Source of the DNA: Thermoanaerobaculia bacterium
GTDB lineage: Bacteria; Acidobacteriota; Thermoanaerobaculia; UBA5066
Direction of reading: 5' to 3'
NCBI GenBank assembly: GCA_963816185.1
Contig: CAWFJJ010000029.1
Location: forward strand, 1 to 64,000
Length of the DNA stretch: 64,000 bases
The notes beneath the pieces were generated by a model. The model searched no databases. It saw only the letters and a program-made list of their open reading frames with translations, and was not told the origin of the DNA. Every line of letters begins with the position of its first letter. Positions within the stretch are counted from its first letter, which is position 1. Below, one piece after another: positions 48,413 through 58,727 of this stretch. The position numbers were made by a program, and so were the translations under genes.

Positions 48413-49653
48413 GATGTTCTCCTCGCTCGAGACTCGGCGTGGTTGACCGGCTCCCTGCGGAGCACGGGCATCCGGTTCACGATCCAGCGGAAAAGGACGA
48501 CGCCGAGCGTGACGACGGTCAGCGAGATGAGGATCTCGGCGACGCTCGGAACGTACCGATCCGCGACGTTCCAGTTGAAGGCGATCATCGAGACGTTGAA
48601 GCGGTTGAGGAGAACGCCCAGCACGGTCAGGAGAGCGGCCGCGCGCGCCATCCTCACGTTCTTCTCACGCGCCGCGAAGGCGAAGAGGAGCGAGGGGAGA
48701 AGGACGAAGCCGAGTAGCTCGATGCCAAACCACGCCCCCCAGCGGGTGCCGAGGAGGTCCCATCGCCCTGAGGCCGCGAGGCCCTGGAGCCTCAGGAAGA
48801 GGTAGCTGAAGAGGACGACGGCCCCGCCCTTGGAGAGGCCCAGCGTGATCCGGTCGAGATCCACCGGTTTTGCGGGGTCGAACCGGTCACGGAAGGCGCG
48901 GTGCGAGAGCGTGCTCTCCACGACGATCATCCCGATCCCGCCCGCGATCGAGGAGACGAAGAAGAAAAGAGGGAGAAACGGCGAATACCAGAGAGGGTGG
49001 AGCTTGCCCGGCGTCATCAGGAAGAAGGCGCCCAACGAAGACTGGTGGAGCGTCGAGAGCGTGACGCCGAGGACGATGACTCCCATCATCACCTTGCTGA
49101 GGAGATTCTTCAGCTTGTCCCAGCCCAGCCACTCCAGAGGCACCGGCGCGAACTCCAAACCAAGCACCATGAGGTAAAGGAAGACGCACCAGCCCACCTC
49201 GTACATGACGGCGGTGGTGCCGGGCGTCAGGAAGAACTGGTAGGGCAGCCGCCAGGGCTGGCCCAGGTCCACGACGAGGCCGACCAGGACGAAGACGTAA
49301 CCCAGGAACCCCGTCAGGATCGCGGGCCTGAGGACCGGCGCGTAGAGCTTCTGACGAAGGAGGCAGACGGCGAAGGCCACCGTGTAGCCTCCGGCGGCCA
49401 GCGCGACGCCGGTAACGACGTCGAAGGCGACCCACAGGCCCCAGGCGTTCGTCTGGGACAGGTTCGTCACGGCTCCGAGGCCGCGGGCGAAACGGTAGGC
49501 GATGAGAGGCAGGCCCGCCGAGAGGATCAACGCGATGACGAGATTGGCCGGCGTCAGGAGCCTCTTGAGGTACTCCCGCGGGGCCAGGCCCAGAAGGAGC
49601 TTCTCCCGTGCCCACGCTCCGCCAAAGGGCGGCGGAAGGACATGTTCACTCAT
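48409..49653 (-). CDS. NrfD/PsrC-family membrane anchor (HybB/HmcC-like)
   Basis: WGLWVAFDV, DLGQPWRL, LSTLHQSSLG, LHPLW, NRFNV; about 10 TMs. Confidence 0.9.
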   Translation of the reverse strand: MSEHVLPPPFGGAWAREKLLLGLAPREYLKRLLTPANLVIALILSAGLPLIAYRFARGLGAVTNLSQTNAWGLWVAFDVVTGVALAAGGYTVAFAVCLLRQKLYAPVLRPAILTGFLGYVFVLVGLVVDLGQPWRLPYQFFLTPGTTAVMYEVGWCVFLYLMVLGLEFAPVPLEWLGWDKLKNLLSKVMMGVIVLGVTLSTLHQSSLGAFFLMTPGKLHPLWYSPFLPLFFFVSSIAGGIGMIVVESTLSHRAFRDRFDPAKPVDLDRITLGLSKGGAVVLFSYLFLRLQGLAASGRWDLLGTRWGAWFGIELLGFVLLPSLLFAFAAREKNVRMARAAALLTVLGVLLNRFNVSMIAFNWNVADRYVPSVAEILISLTVVTLGVVLFRWIVNRMPVLRREPVNHAESRARRTS

Positions 49654-50551
49654 ACTTCGACCTCCCGCGCGCCTCGCGGGACGCGACGTCGTCGCGACGC
49701 TTGGCGAACGTGTACAGGCCCATGAGGAAGGGCGGCCACAGCGTGATGACGAAGGGCACGGCGGAGAGCGCTCCGTCGGCGAGCTCCGGGTAGGATCTCT
49801 TCTCGATGCCCGCGGGCAGCTTCAGGGACTCGAAAGGCACGTCGGAGAGATAGAGCCAGCTCGTACCGCCCGCCTCGTCCTCCCCGTAGATCTTGTGGAT
49901 GTACTTTTCGGGGTTCGTGTAGATGCGCGTCCGCGCCTCTTCGAGGAGGTCGGCGCGCAGGCCGAACTGAAGCGCGCCCGACGGGCAGACCTCCGCGCAG
50001 GCGGGGGCGAGACCGCGCGCCTGGCGCTCCGCGCAGAACGTGCACTTCCTGACGAGCGGTGTCGCGCTCGAGTATTCGTACTTGGGAACGCCGAACGGGC
50101 ACGCGATCATGCAGTAGCGGCAGCCGAGGCAGCGGTCCTTGTGGTAGACGACCGGCCCGGCCGGCGTCTTCTCGAGCGCGCGGACGACGCAGCCGGAGGC
50201 GCAGGCCGGCTGAACGCAGTGCATGCATTGCGTCTTCGCGAAGCGCTCCTCGCCGCCGGGGCTCTTTTTCGAGCCTTTCTGGACGACTGTGTACGCCGTC
50301 GGGCTCGTTGCGCGGTTCGACGCGAACACCGTCTCGTCACCGGGCTTTTCGGGCCCGGCAAGCGCGTTCGCCTCCGCGCAGGCCGCTTCGCAGGCGCGGC
50401 ACCCGACGCAGCGCGTCGTGTCCACGAGCACGCCGCGGGCGCCCTTCGCCGCCGGCACGAGCGAGGCGCGAGACGTCCCGGCCGTCGCGGCAACCCCTGC
50501 GGTGCCGGCCGCGGCCGCGAGCTTGAAAAGAGTTCGCCGATTCAAGTTCAT
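49646..50551 (-). CDS. Tat-exported 4x[4Fe-4S] protein (HybA/HmcB-like) with C-terminal TM
   Basis: NRRTLFK Tat motif; CVGCRACEAAC, CMHCVQPACASGC, CLGCRYCMIAC, KCTFC...PACAEVC. Confidence 0.92.
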   Translation of the reverse strand: MNLNRRTLFKLAAAAGTAGVAATAGTSRASLVPAAKGARGVLVDTTRCVGCRACEAACAEANALAGPEKPGDETVFASNRATSPTAYTVVQKGSKKSPGGEERFAKTQCMHCVQPACASGCVVRALEKTPAGPVVYHKDRCLGCRYCMIACPFGVPKYEYSSATPLVRKCTFCAERQARGLAPACAEVCPSGALQFGLRADLLEEARTRIYTNPEKYIHKIYGEDEAGGTSWLYLSDVPFESLKLPAGIEKRSYPELADGALSAVPFVITLWPPFLMGLYTFAKRRDDVASREARGRSKYE

Positions 50552-50562
50552 CGCGACCTCCC

Positions 50563-50649
50563 TCAGACCCGGCCCGCGCGAGCCACGGCGCGGTCGTTCA
50601 GAAAGAGGAGAAGAACGAACAGGAGCACAAGGGGAACGGTGGCGATCAT
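50563..50649 (-). CDS. 28-aa single-TM peptide MIATVPLVLLFVLLLFLNDRAVARAGRV
   Basis: GGAGG SD and ATGA overlap with the upstream stop; its own stop abuts the SD of the hybA-like gene. Not in the ORF track. Confidence 0.6.
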   Translation of the reverse strand: MIATVPLVLLFVLLLFLNDRAVARAGRV

Positions 50650-50885
50650 GGGACCTCCCTCCGTGGGCTATCTGCACCCACGGCCGGCGACTCCGCGTGC
50701 ACGACGTTCGTCTCGAGCCGCCTCACGGCCTCCTGATAAAGGGGGCAGTCCACGTACACCGCCGCCTGGCAAGGCCGGCTCGATACGAGGTGGTCGAGAG
50801 GCAGCATCTTCTTCGTCGGGCAGGCGTCGCAATAGAGCATCACGACTTCTTTGAGGAGCGGGCAGGTGGTCGGGGCTTCTGTCAT
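50646..50885 (-). CDS. Small Cys-rich protein (79 aa), first gene of the sigma54 operon
   Basis: MTEAPTTCPLL...YCDACP...RPC...DCPLY, five Cys. Confidence 0.65.
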   Translation of the reverse strand: MTEAPTTCPLLKEVVMLYCDACPTKKMLPLDHLVSSRPCQAAVYVDCPLYQEAVRRLETNVVHAESPAVGADSPRREVP

Positions 50886-50902
50886 GGCGTCACTACGGGT
50901 AG

Positions 50903-50918
50903 CGCAAGGCTCGAGCCA
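50903..50918 (-). promoter_or_regulatory. Sigma54 -24/-12 promoter
   Basis: Minus strand TGGCTCGAGCCTTGCG vs consensus TGGCACG-N4-TTGC, 18 nt before the ATG at 50885. Confidence 0.8.
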
Positions 50919-50945
50919 CGCTCCCCCGAGGGACGCGCTGGGTGT

Positions 50946-50958
50946 CAACTGTTTGTAA
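50946..50958 (-). promoter_or_regulatory. IHF-like site
   Basis: Minus strand TTACAAACAGTTG carries the CAA-N4-TTR core, between the UAS and the promoter. Confidence 0.5.
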
Positions 50959-51006
50959 TGAAAAGGCTTGCGCCTATCATGGAATAGGCGCCTGCCGTCA
51001 AGCGGC

Positions 51007-51036
51007 GTTTAGTTTCTCAACGGGGCGTTGTCTTTC

Positions 51037-51041
<5 letters not shown>
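51007..51041. promoter_or_regulatory. Tandem enhancer (UAS) sites for the adjacent sigma54 activator
   Basis: GTTTAGTTTCTCAAC (51007-51021) and GTTGTCTTTCTCAAC (51027-51041): GTTK-N7-CAAC dyads with 20-bp periodicity. Confidence 0.65.
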
Positions 51042-52416
<1,375 letters not shown>

Positions 52417-52959
52417 GGGAGTCTCCGATCTCGTCGGCATTCTCGAGGAAGAGGGCCCGGCACGTTTCGCACAGCTCCGGCTGCTTGGCGTCCACGTCTT
52501 TCAGGCTCGAGGAGCGCGCCATCGCGCAGAGAGAATCGTGGCAGTGCAGGAGTCCGAACGTGTGCCCGAGCTCGTGGACGGCTTCGGTCCGAAGTCGCAC
52601 CGGAAGCCGGGCGGACTCGCCAGGCAGACCGGCACCGACGAGGCGGGCCGTCGACACGACGGCCGCATGGCCCCTGAGCTGAGCCTCGCCGAAGACGAAC
52701 GTCAGGACCGGGATGAAGAGGTCCGCATCCGTCAGGCCGAGGACGCGCGCGGCTCTCTGCGGCCGACGCGACGCGAGCCAGAGGAGAACGCGGTGCGAAG
52801 CGTGCTGGTTGCGCCGCGCGTCGAACGCATCGATCGGGCGACCCGCGGGGAGCTCGAGACGAGCCGGGAAGCGAAACACCCTCTCGACGTGCGCACGCAC
52901 GCTCTCGAGGAGTCCTCGGTCGGCGTCCCCCGTTCCGATCCACCACAGGGCGACGTCGT

Positions 52960-54618
52960 TCACGTTGCGGCGGCCGGGGCAGGGGCCGCGCCCCCCTCTC
53001 CGGCGAGCGGGAGCCGGATCGTCATCGTCGTTCCACGCCCGACGCGGCTGTCCACGCGCATTGAGCCGCCGTGTTTCTCGACGATCCCGTAGACGACCGA
53101 GAGCCCGAGCCCGGTGCCCTTCTCTTTCGTCGTGAAGAAGGGGTCGAAGATACGCGAGAGGTGCTCGGGCGCGATCCCGGCGCCCGTGTCCGCCACCGAG
53201 ATCTCGAGCGCGCTCTTTTCGGGGAGGAGACGGGACTCGAGCGTGAGCGTGCCGCCTGCTGGCGTCGCGTCGCACGCATTGAGGAGAACGTTCAGGAATG
53301 CCTGCCGGAGCTGGCCGAAGTCGGCGTTCACGGCGCCCGTGCCCTCGAGCGTCTTCACGACCGTGATGCCCTGAAGCTGCATCTTGTGCTGCGCGAGCGA
53401 AAGGGCCTCTTCCAGTGCGCGGACCGGGTCGATGATCTCGAGGTCGAGGGGCCTCGCGCGGGCGAAGTCGAGGAGGTTGCGCACGATGACGGTGCAGCGC
53501 TCGGTCTCGCGCTGAACGAGGAACAGGTTCTTCAGGCAGGCCGCGCGCGTGGCCTCGTCAGGAGACCCGGCCTCGAGCATGCGCGTCATGAGGCGCGCGA
53601 ACGTGAGGATGCCCGAGAGGGGGTTGTTGATCTCGTGCGCGATGGACGCCGACAGCTGACCGAGCGAGGCGAGCTTCTCGCTTCGCGCGAGGACCTCCTG
53701 CGCGCTCTTGAGCGCCGCCGTGCGGTCCTCGACCTGGTGTTCGAGGTCGTTCGTGAGGTTCTCGAGGTCGCGGCGCGTCTTCGCGAGCGATTCGTTCATC
53801 TCGTTGAACGAGTTTGCGAGGATCCCGAGCTCGTCCCACGAGCGAATTGCGAGAGTGGCCGATAGGTCGCCGTGGCGGACCCGCTGCGTGGCCTCCACGA
53901 GCGCGGCGACCGGGCGGAAGACGATGCGCCGCGCGACGCCGTTGACGAGCGCGGCGAGGGCGATCACCGCGGCCAGCGCGCCCGAGAGCAGGCGCAGCGA
54001 CTGCCTGTGCAGGCTCGCGTCGATCTCCTTGAGCGAGATGCCGATGTCCACGACTCCGAGGACGTGCTTCTCCGGCGGATGAGCGTGGCACGAGGCCGTC
54101 GCGCAGGCGGTTTCGTTGTAGATCGGAGTCACCATGCCGAGCACGCGGTGGCCGTTCGTCGTGAAAAGCCGGCTGCGTTCGGACGTCGTGGGCGCCACGA
54201 GCGGCTGGCCCGCCGCGTGACACGCGGTGCAGGCCTCCGCATCCTTGTCGACGGACGCGCCGATGTCGCGCGGGTTCGTCGAGAACATGACGCGGCCCTC
54301 TTTGTTGAGGACGCGGACTTTCTCGATCCCCTCGAGGCGCCCGATGCTCTCCATGATCCGATAGGCGCCGCGCCTCTGGTCTTCGAGCATGAGATCCCGC
54401 GTGCTGGTCGCGATCGTGCTCGAAAACAGTGCGGCGCCCCGGACGACCTCGCTGATGAGCTGCGCCCGCTGGGACCGGATCGACAGGAACGCGAACAGCG
54501 AGATGGTCGCCAGCGAGACCGCGGCGGCGGCGGCCGTCAGCTTGAACCCGAGATGCCGGTGGAACGGGATGCCGAGCAAGGTGTCCTCCGGCCTGAGCAT
54601 CCGGCAAACGGACGGCAC
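52960..54618 (-). CDS. HAMP histidine kinase with periplasmic heme-c-type motifs
   Basis: TM, periplasmic CTACH and CATASCH, TM, HAMP; AHEINNPL, N/G/F boxes (DPFFTTK, GTGLGL). Confidence 0.93.
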   Translation of the reverse strand: MPSVCRMLRPEDTLLGIPFHRHLGFKLTAAAAAVSLATISLFAFLSIRSQRAQLISEVVRGAALFSSTIATSTRDLMLEDQRRGAYRIMESIGRLEGIEKVRVLNKEGRVMFSTNPRDIGASVDKDAEACTACHAAGQPLVAPTTSERSRLFTTNGHRVLGMVTPIYNETACATASCHAHPPEKHVLGVVDIGISLKEIDASLHRQSLRLLSGALAAVIALAALVNGVARRIVFRPVAALVEATQRVRHGDLSATLAIRSWDELGILANSFNEMNESLAKTRRDLENLTNDLEHQVEDRTAALKSAQEVLARSEKLASLGQLSASIAHEINNPLSGILTFARLMTRMLEAGSPDEATRAACLKNLFLVQRETERCTVIVRNLLDFARARPLDLEIIDPVRALEEALSLAQHKMQLQGITVVKTLEGTGAVNADFGQLRQAFLNVLLNACDATPAGGTLTLESRLLPEKSALEISVADTGAGIAPEHLSRIFDPFFTTKEKGTGLGLSVVYGIVEKHGGSMRVDSRVGRGTTMTIRLPLAGEGGAAPAPAAAT

Positions 54619-54661
54619 GTAAATCCGCCATTTGAACTACCGGAGGGCTCGCGGGGCGTTT

Positions 54662-55024
54662 TCAGCCCTCGTTTCGGGGAATCAGGAGCCAGGAGAGCAG
54701 CGTCGAAACGATCGACACGAGGAGCGCTCCGAGAAACGCCGGCACGAACCCATCCACCCTGAAGTCGATGCCCAGGCCGCGCCCCACCCAGGCGGCGAAC
54801 ATGAGCATGAGGGCATTCACGACGAGCGTGAACAACCCCAGTGTGAGCAGGATGATCGGACAGCTCACCAGCTTCAGAAAAGGCCTCACGAGGGTGTTTG
54901 CGACGCCGAACACGAGCGCCAGCGCGAGAACCGAGCCCATTCCACCCGCGTGGATGCCGGGCACGAATGTCGCCGCGGCCCAGAGCGCGGTGGCGTTGAT
55001 GAGGATGTGAAGGATTGTTCTCAT
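54662..55024 (-). CDS. YvlD/DUF360 4-TM membrane protein (annotated as phage holin family)
   Basis: NTLVRPFL...LTLGLFTLVVNALM...GALLVSIV. Confidence 0.85.
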   Translation of the reverse strand: MRTILHILINATALWAAATFVPGIHAGGMGSVLALALVFGVANTLVRPFLKLVSCPIILLTLGLFTLVVNALMLMFAAWVGRGLGIDFRVDGFVPAFLGALLVSIVSTLLSWLLIPRNEG

Positions 55025-55047
55025 ACGGTCTCTATACAATCACACTC

Positions 55048-55479
55048 ATGACCGAACAGAAATACCGCCAGCGCGGCTACCGCGAGAGTGACCGTTCTGG
55101 GGGCCGCGGCTCTTCGGGCCCCTCCGACCGGCCGACACGGATGGAGGGTGCGCCGAAGGGTCGTGGCGCCGAGCGCAACCGGGACGAGGTATTTCGCTGC
55201 AAGACCTGCAGCGAGAAAAACGATCCCGAGGTCAGGCCCGAGTCCGTCTGCAAGAAGTGCGGCGCGGCGCTTCACGCGTGCGCGCAATGCCGCTTCTTCG
55301 ACGGCGCCGCGCAGTGGCAGTGCCTCAAGGACATTCCCGCCCCGGTGCCGGCGAAATCGAAGGCGAATACCTGCACCTTCTACGCGCCGAAGGTGTCGCT
55401 CGATCTCACCGGGACGAAGGCCGCCGACTCCCCGGATCAGGCGCGCTCGGCGTTCGACCGGCTCTTCGGAAAGCGCTGA
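55048..55479 (+). CDS. Conserved Cys-rich zinc-binding hypothetical protein
   Basis: KYRQRGY N-terminus; CKTC, CKKC, HACAQC, C, C; ARSAFDRLF C-terminus. Confidence 0.75.
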   Translation: MTEQKYRQRGYRESDRSGGRGSSGPSDRPTRMEGAPKGRGAERNRDEVFRCKTCSEKNDPEVRPESVCKKCGAALHACAQCRFFDGAAQWQCLKDIPAPVPAKSKANTCTFYAPKVSLDLTGTKAADSPDQARSAFDRLFGKR

Positions 55480-55484
55480 GGAGC

Positions 55485-57071
55485 GTGCCGGCCGCGCCGT
55501 CGCGACGCAGCTCCACCCGCGACAGCGCCGCCCTCGCCCTCGGCGCCACGGCCTATCTCGGCCTGCACGCCCTCGCGGCCGGACGCGTGCCGCCGGGTGT
55601 CGCCGCGGATCCCGTGATCGAAGCAATGCGCGGACTGCGCCTCGTCCTCCTTCGCCGCTTCGAGGTCCTCACCGTCTCCATCGGACCCTCCGCCGAGACG
55701 CTCTGGCTCTACGTGACGGGCGCGTTCGTGGCCGCGCTCGGCCCCACGCGGATCGCCTTCATCGTCCCGAGCATCCTCGCGGCGGTCGCCACGCTCGTCC
55801 TCGTCGCGTTGCTCGCTCGACGCGTCCGGCCGGAGCTGCCGCTCGGCGTGGCGCTTCTCATTCCCGCCTCGTCCCTCTGGCTCTTCCATTACGGTCAAGT
55901 CGGCTTGCGCGCCATCGCCGCGCCCCTCGTTCTCCTTGGCGCCTGTTTCCTGCTCGACGATCGTTCCGAGCGCGACGTCGCAGATCGGCCCTTCGCGGCC
56001 GGCGCCCTTCTCGGGCTCGGCATTTACGCGTATTCGGCTTGTCGTGTTCTTCCCATCGCCTGGGCGCTGCATTTCGCCTTGCGCTGGCGCAGAAGGCCCG
56101 GGGCGCGACCCGCGCTGCGCCGTGAGGCGCGACGCCTTCTCGCGGGCTTCACGCTCGTCTCCATTCCGAATCTGCTCTTCCTGCTCCGCGCTCCCGGCCT
56201 TCTCCTCGATCGCGGCTACTACGTGTCGCGCGGGACCCCCCTCGACAAGCTCGGGAATGTCCTCGCGACATTCCTCCTTCCGTTCGGTTACCCCGACCGC
56301 TATCGCGTCTGGAAGGGTCCGGGTCACGTCTTCGACGTGACGGGCGTGGCGCTGACGGCGAGCGGCCTCGATCCATTCGATCTCGTCGTCGGGCCGCTCG
56401 CCGTCCTGGGCCTACTCGCTTGGCGGCGCGGAAGGGAGTCCGCATCTCTTTCGTTTCTCCTCGTGGCCTGGGCCGCGGCCGGTGTGCTTCTCGGCCTCTA
56501 CGGTCCCAGCCTCACGCGTCTCCTCATCCTGCTGCCGGCGTGGCTCGTCTTCGCCGCGCTCGGATGCGACGCGCTGCTCGCGCGTGCGCCCCGGCTCCGG
56601 GTGCCGCTTGCGGCCCTCCTCTTCCTCTCGCTCTGTCTTCAAGGGCGCGCGTGGGTCTCGACGTTCGGACGGTCGGAGCCCGCGGCCTTGTACTTTCACG
56701 AAGCGGTCACCGCGATGGCCGAGCGCTCGCGGGATCTGGCGGCCGAAGGCAAGCGCGTCATCGTCGTGTCACGCACGGGTCGCGACGTCTTCAAGTACTT
56801 CTGCTGGCAACACATCGAGCAGGTCTTCCACGTCGCCAAGCTCGAGGGGTCGCCGCAGCCGGGCGACGTTCCGCTCGAGGGCTTCGCGCCGGACGTCGTC
56901 CTCGTCGAGCGCACGCCCGCGCTCGACGCGTGGGGTGCCACGCTCGGGCTCTCGTCACGCTCGATCCAGCCCACGCTCTTCGCGGAATATGAGCTCCGCC
57001 GCGCGCCGAGACGGCCCCCTCCATCCGTGCGGAGCAACCTCTGGCGCCTCTGGTCCCCGATGTCGCTCTAG
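55485..57071 (+). CDS. ArnT/GT39-like membrane glycosyltransferase (start uncertain)
   Basis: PPGVAADP loop after TM1, many TMs, LGLGIYAYSACR motif. Confidence 0.65.
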   Translation: MPAAPSRRSSTRDSAALALGATAYLGLHALAAGRVPPGVAADPVIEAMRGLRLVLLRRFEVLTVSIGPSAETLWLYVTGAFVAALGPTRIAFIVPSILAAVATLVLVALLARRVRPELPLGVALLIPASSLWLFHYGQVGLRAIAAPLVLLGACFLLDDRSERDVADRPFAAGALLGLGIYAYSACRVLPIAWALHFALRWRRRPGARPALRREARRLLAGFTLVSIPNLLFLLRAPGLLLDRGYYVSRGTPLDKLGNVLATFLLPFGYPDRYRVWKGPGHVFDVTGVALTASGLDPFDLVVGPLAVLGLLAWRRGRESASLSFLLVAWAAAGVLLGLYGPSLTRLLILLPAWLVFAALGCDALLARAPRLRVPLAALLFLSLCLQGRAWVSTFGRSEPAALYFHEAVTAMAERSRDLAAEGKRVIVVSRTGRDVFKYFCWQHIEQVFHVAKLEGSPQPGDVPLEGFAPDVVLVERTPALDAWGATLGLSSRSIQPTLFAEYELRRAPRRPPPSVRSNLWRLWSPMSL

Positions 57072-57080
57072 TATTCCCCC

Positions 57081-58727
57081 ATGTCGCTGCGGCGCGCAGG
57101 CCTGTATGGACTTCTCCTCTTGGCCAGCGTTCTCGCCTGCTTCCGGATACTCGTCCTCGACGGCTGGCCCCAAAACCACGACGGCGTGGCGCCTTTTCAG
57201 AGGGTCGAGACGTTCCGGCGGGCGTTCGCGGACGGAAATGTCCTTCCGCTCTGGACGCCCCTCGCCGAGAACGGCTATGGCTCGCCGTTCCCCTTCTTCT
57301 ACCACCGCCTCTTCAATACGCTCGCGGGCACCGTCGCGCTCGCCACCGGGTCCGCCCACACGGCCGTGAAGGTGGTGATCCCGCTCCTCCTCCTCGCGGG
57401 CGCGCTCGGAATGCGCCGGGCGCTGCTCGCCATGGGGCTCGGCGAGTTCCACGCCGTCTGTGGGGCCCTGCTCCTCATCTTTTCCAACTACGCCTACACG
57501 GATTGGGTCGTGAGGGGAGCGTTCGCGGAGTTCGCGGCCTTCATGCTCGTCCCCTGGCTCACCCTGGCTGCACTCGGTCTCGTAGAGGGAAAGCCCCACG
57601 CTGGATGGGGGCTGGGTGCCGTCCTGTCGCTGATGTTCTTTGCTCAATCGGTCATCTTCGTCTTCGCTTTCGTGCTCGTCCTCGTCGCCTTCGCGGGAAC
57701 GCTCGTCCTCTCGAAGGATCGGCAGCGCGCGCTTGCGAACCTCGCTCGGGCGGCCGTCGTCGTCCTACCCGTGACGGGACCGTTCCTGCTGGGAATCTGG
57801 CTCTTCGGCAAGGACATCGACGTGGACCGCTTTCGGACGGGGATGTTCAGCGTCTTCCGAAACTTCGCGCCGCTCGGGGAGTATCTCTACGACAGCTTCG
57901 GCGGCTGGACATCGGGCACGGCCGGTTACACCGTGGAGATCGGTCGCGGTTTCAACACGCTCTCGCTCGTCTGCTTCGCCGCCGCGGTCGCAGGCCTCGC
58001 CCGAGGTCGCCCTCCCGCCGCCCGCGTGCGCGAGAGACTCCCGGCCTGGTTTCTCGTCGTCGGGTCGGGCCTTTGCTATCTGGTCCTTCAGACGCCCCTC
58101 TCGGCACCGCTCTACCGCTTCATACGTCCGATCCAGTTCATCCAGTTTCCCTGGCGTCTTCTCGTCTTCTCGACACCGGCTTCGATCTTCGTCCTGTGCC
58201 TTTCCCTCGACCTCCTGGAGTCAAGCCGGCCGCGCCCGTCGGTTCGACGCGGCCTCCGCGCCGCGCTGCTCTTCGCCGTGCTCTTCCAGGTCTGGTACGG
58301 CGTCGGGAAGCCGCCGCCCGACCGGATCCTTGGTGTGAAAGAACTCGAGGCGAGCGTCACGACGGAACGGCTCGCAGCCACGGTACACAGCAGGGAGTTT
58401 CGCCCGCGCGGTGTCTCGCTCTCGCCGCCGCGGCCCTTTCTCGAGGCGACCGGCTGCGTCGTAGAGAACGCGTCTCCCTCGGCGGCCCTCGCAGGCATCG
58501 TGGACGTTCCGGAGCTCCGCCTCATCGTGGACGCCGCTCCCGGCGGCACCCTCGTGATCAATCAGTTCGCGAATCCCTTCCTCTCGGTGAGCGCGGGAGG
58601 AGAGGGCCGCATCGAGACGACGGCCTGGGGCACGATCCTCGTCCGGCCGGCGCCCGGCCGGAACGAAATCGTGCTGCGCCGCCGCGGCCTCCTGGCGGCG
58701 CTCAAGGAAAGGCTCTTCGGGGGTTGA
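57081..58727 (+). CDS. GT-C-like membrane protein (PTPS-related membrane domain)
   Basis: NHDG, PLWTP...GYGSPFPFFY, RGAFAE, IQFPWRLL. Confidence 0.75.
   Translation: MSLRRAGLYGLLLLASVLACFRILVLDGWPQNHDGVAPFQRVETFRRAFADGNVLPLWTPLAENGYGSPFPFFYHRLFNTLAGTVALATGSAHTAVKVVIPLLLLAGALGMRRALLAMGLGEFHAVCGALLLIFSNYAYTDWVVRGAFAEFAAFMLVPWLTLAALGLVEGKPHAGWGLGAVLSLMFFAQSVIFVFAFVLVLVAFAGTLVLSKDRQRALANLARAAVVVLPVTGPFLLGIWLFGKDIDVDRFRTGMFSVFRNFAPLGEYLYDSFGGWTSGTAGYTVEIGRGFNTLSLVCFAAAVAGLARGRPPAARVRERLPAWFLVVGSGLCYLVLQTPLSAPLYRFIRPIQFIQFPWRLLVFSTPASIFVLCLSLDLLESSRPRPSVRRGLRAALLFAVLFQVWYGVGKPPPDRILGVKELEASVTTERLAATVHSREFRPRGVSLSPPRPFLEATGCVVENASPSAALAGIVDVPELRLIVDAAPGGTLVINQFANPFLSVSAGGEGRIETTAWGTILVRPAPGRNEIVLRRRGLLAALKERLFGG

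Noticed and set aside
54662-55024. Phage holin as evidence of a prophage
   Set aside because: The YvlD/DUF360 family is commonly chromosomal, and there are no phage genes nearby.
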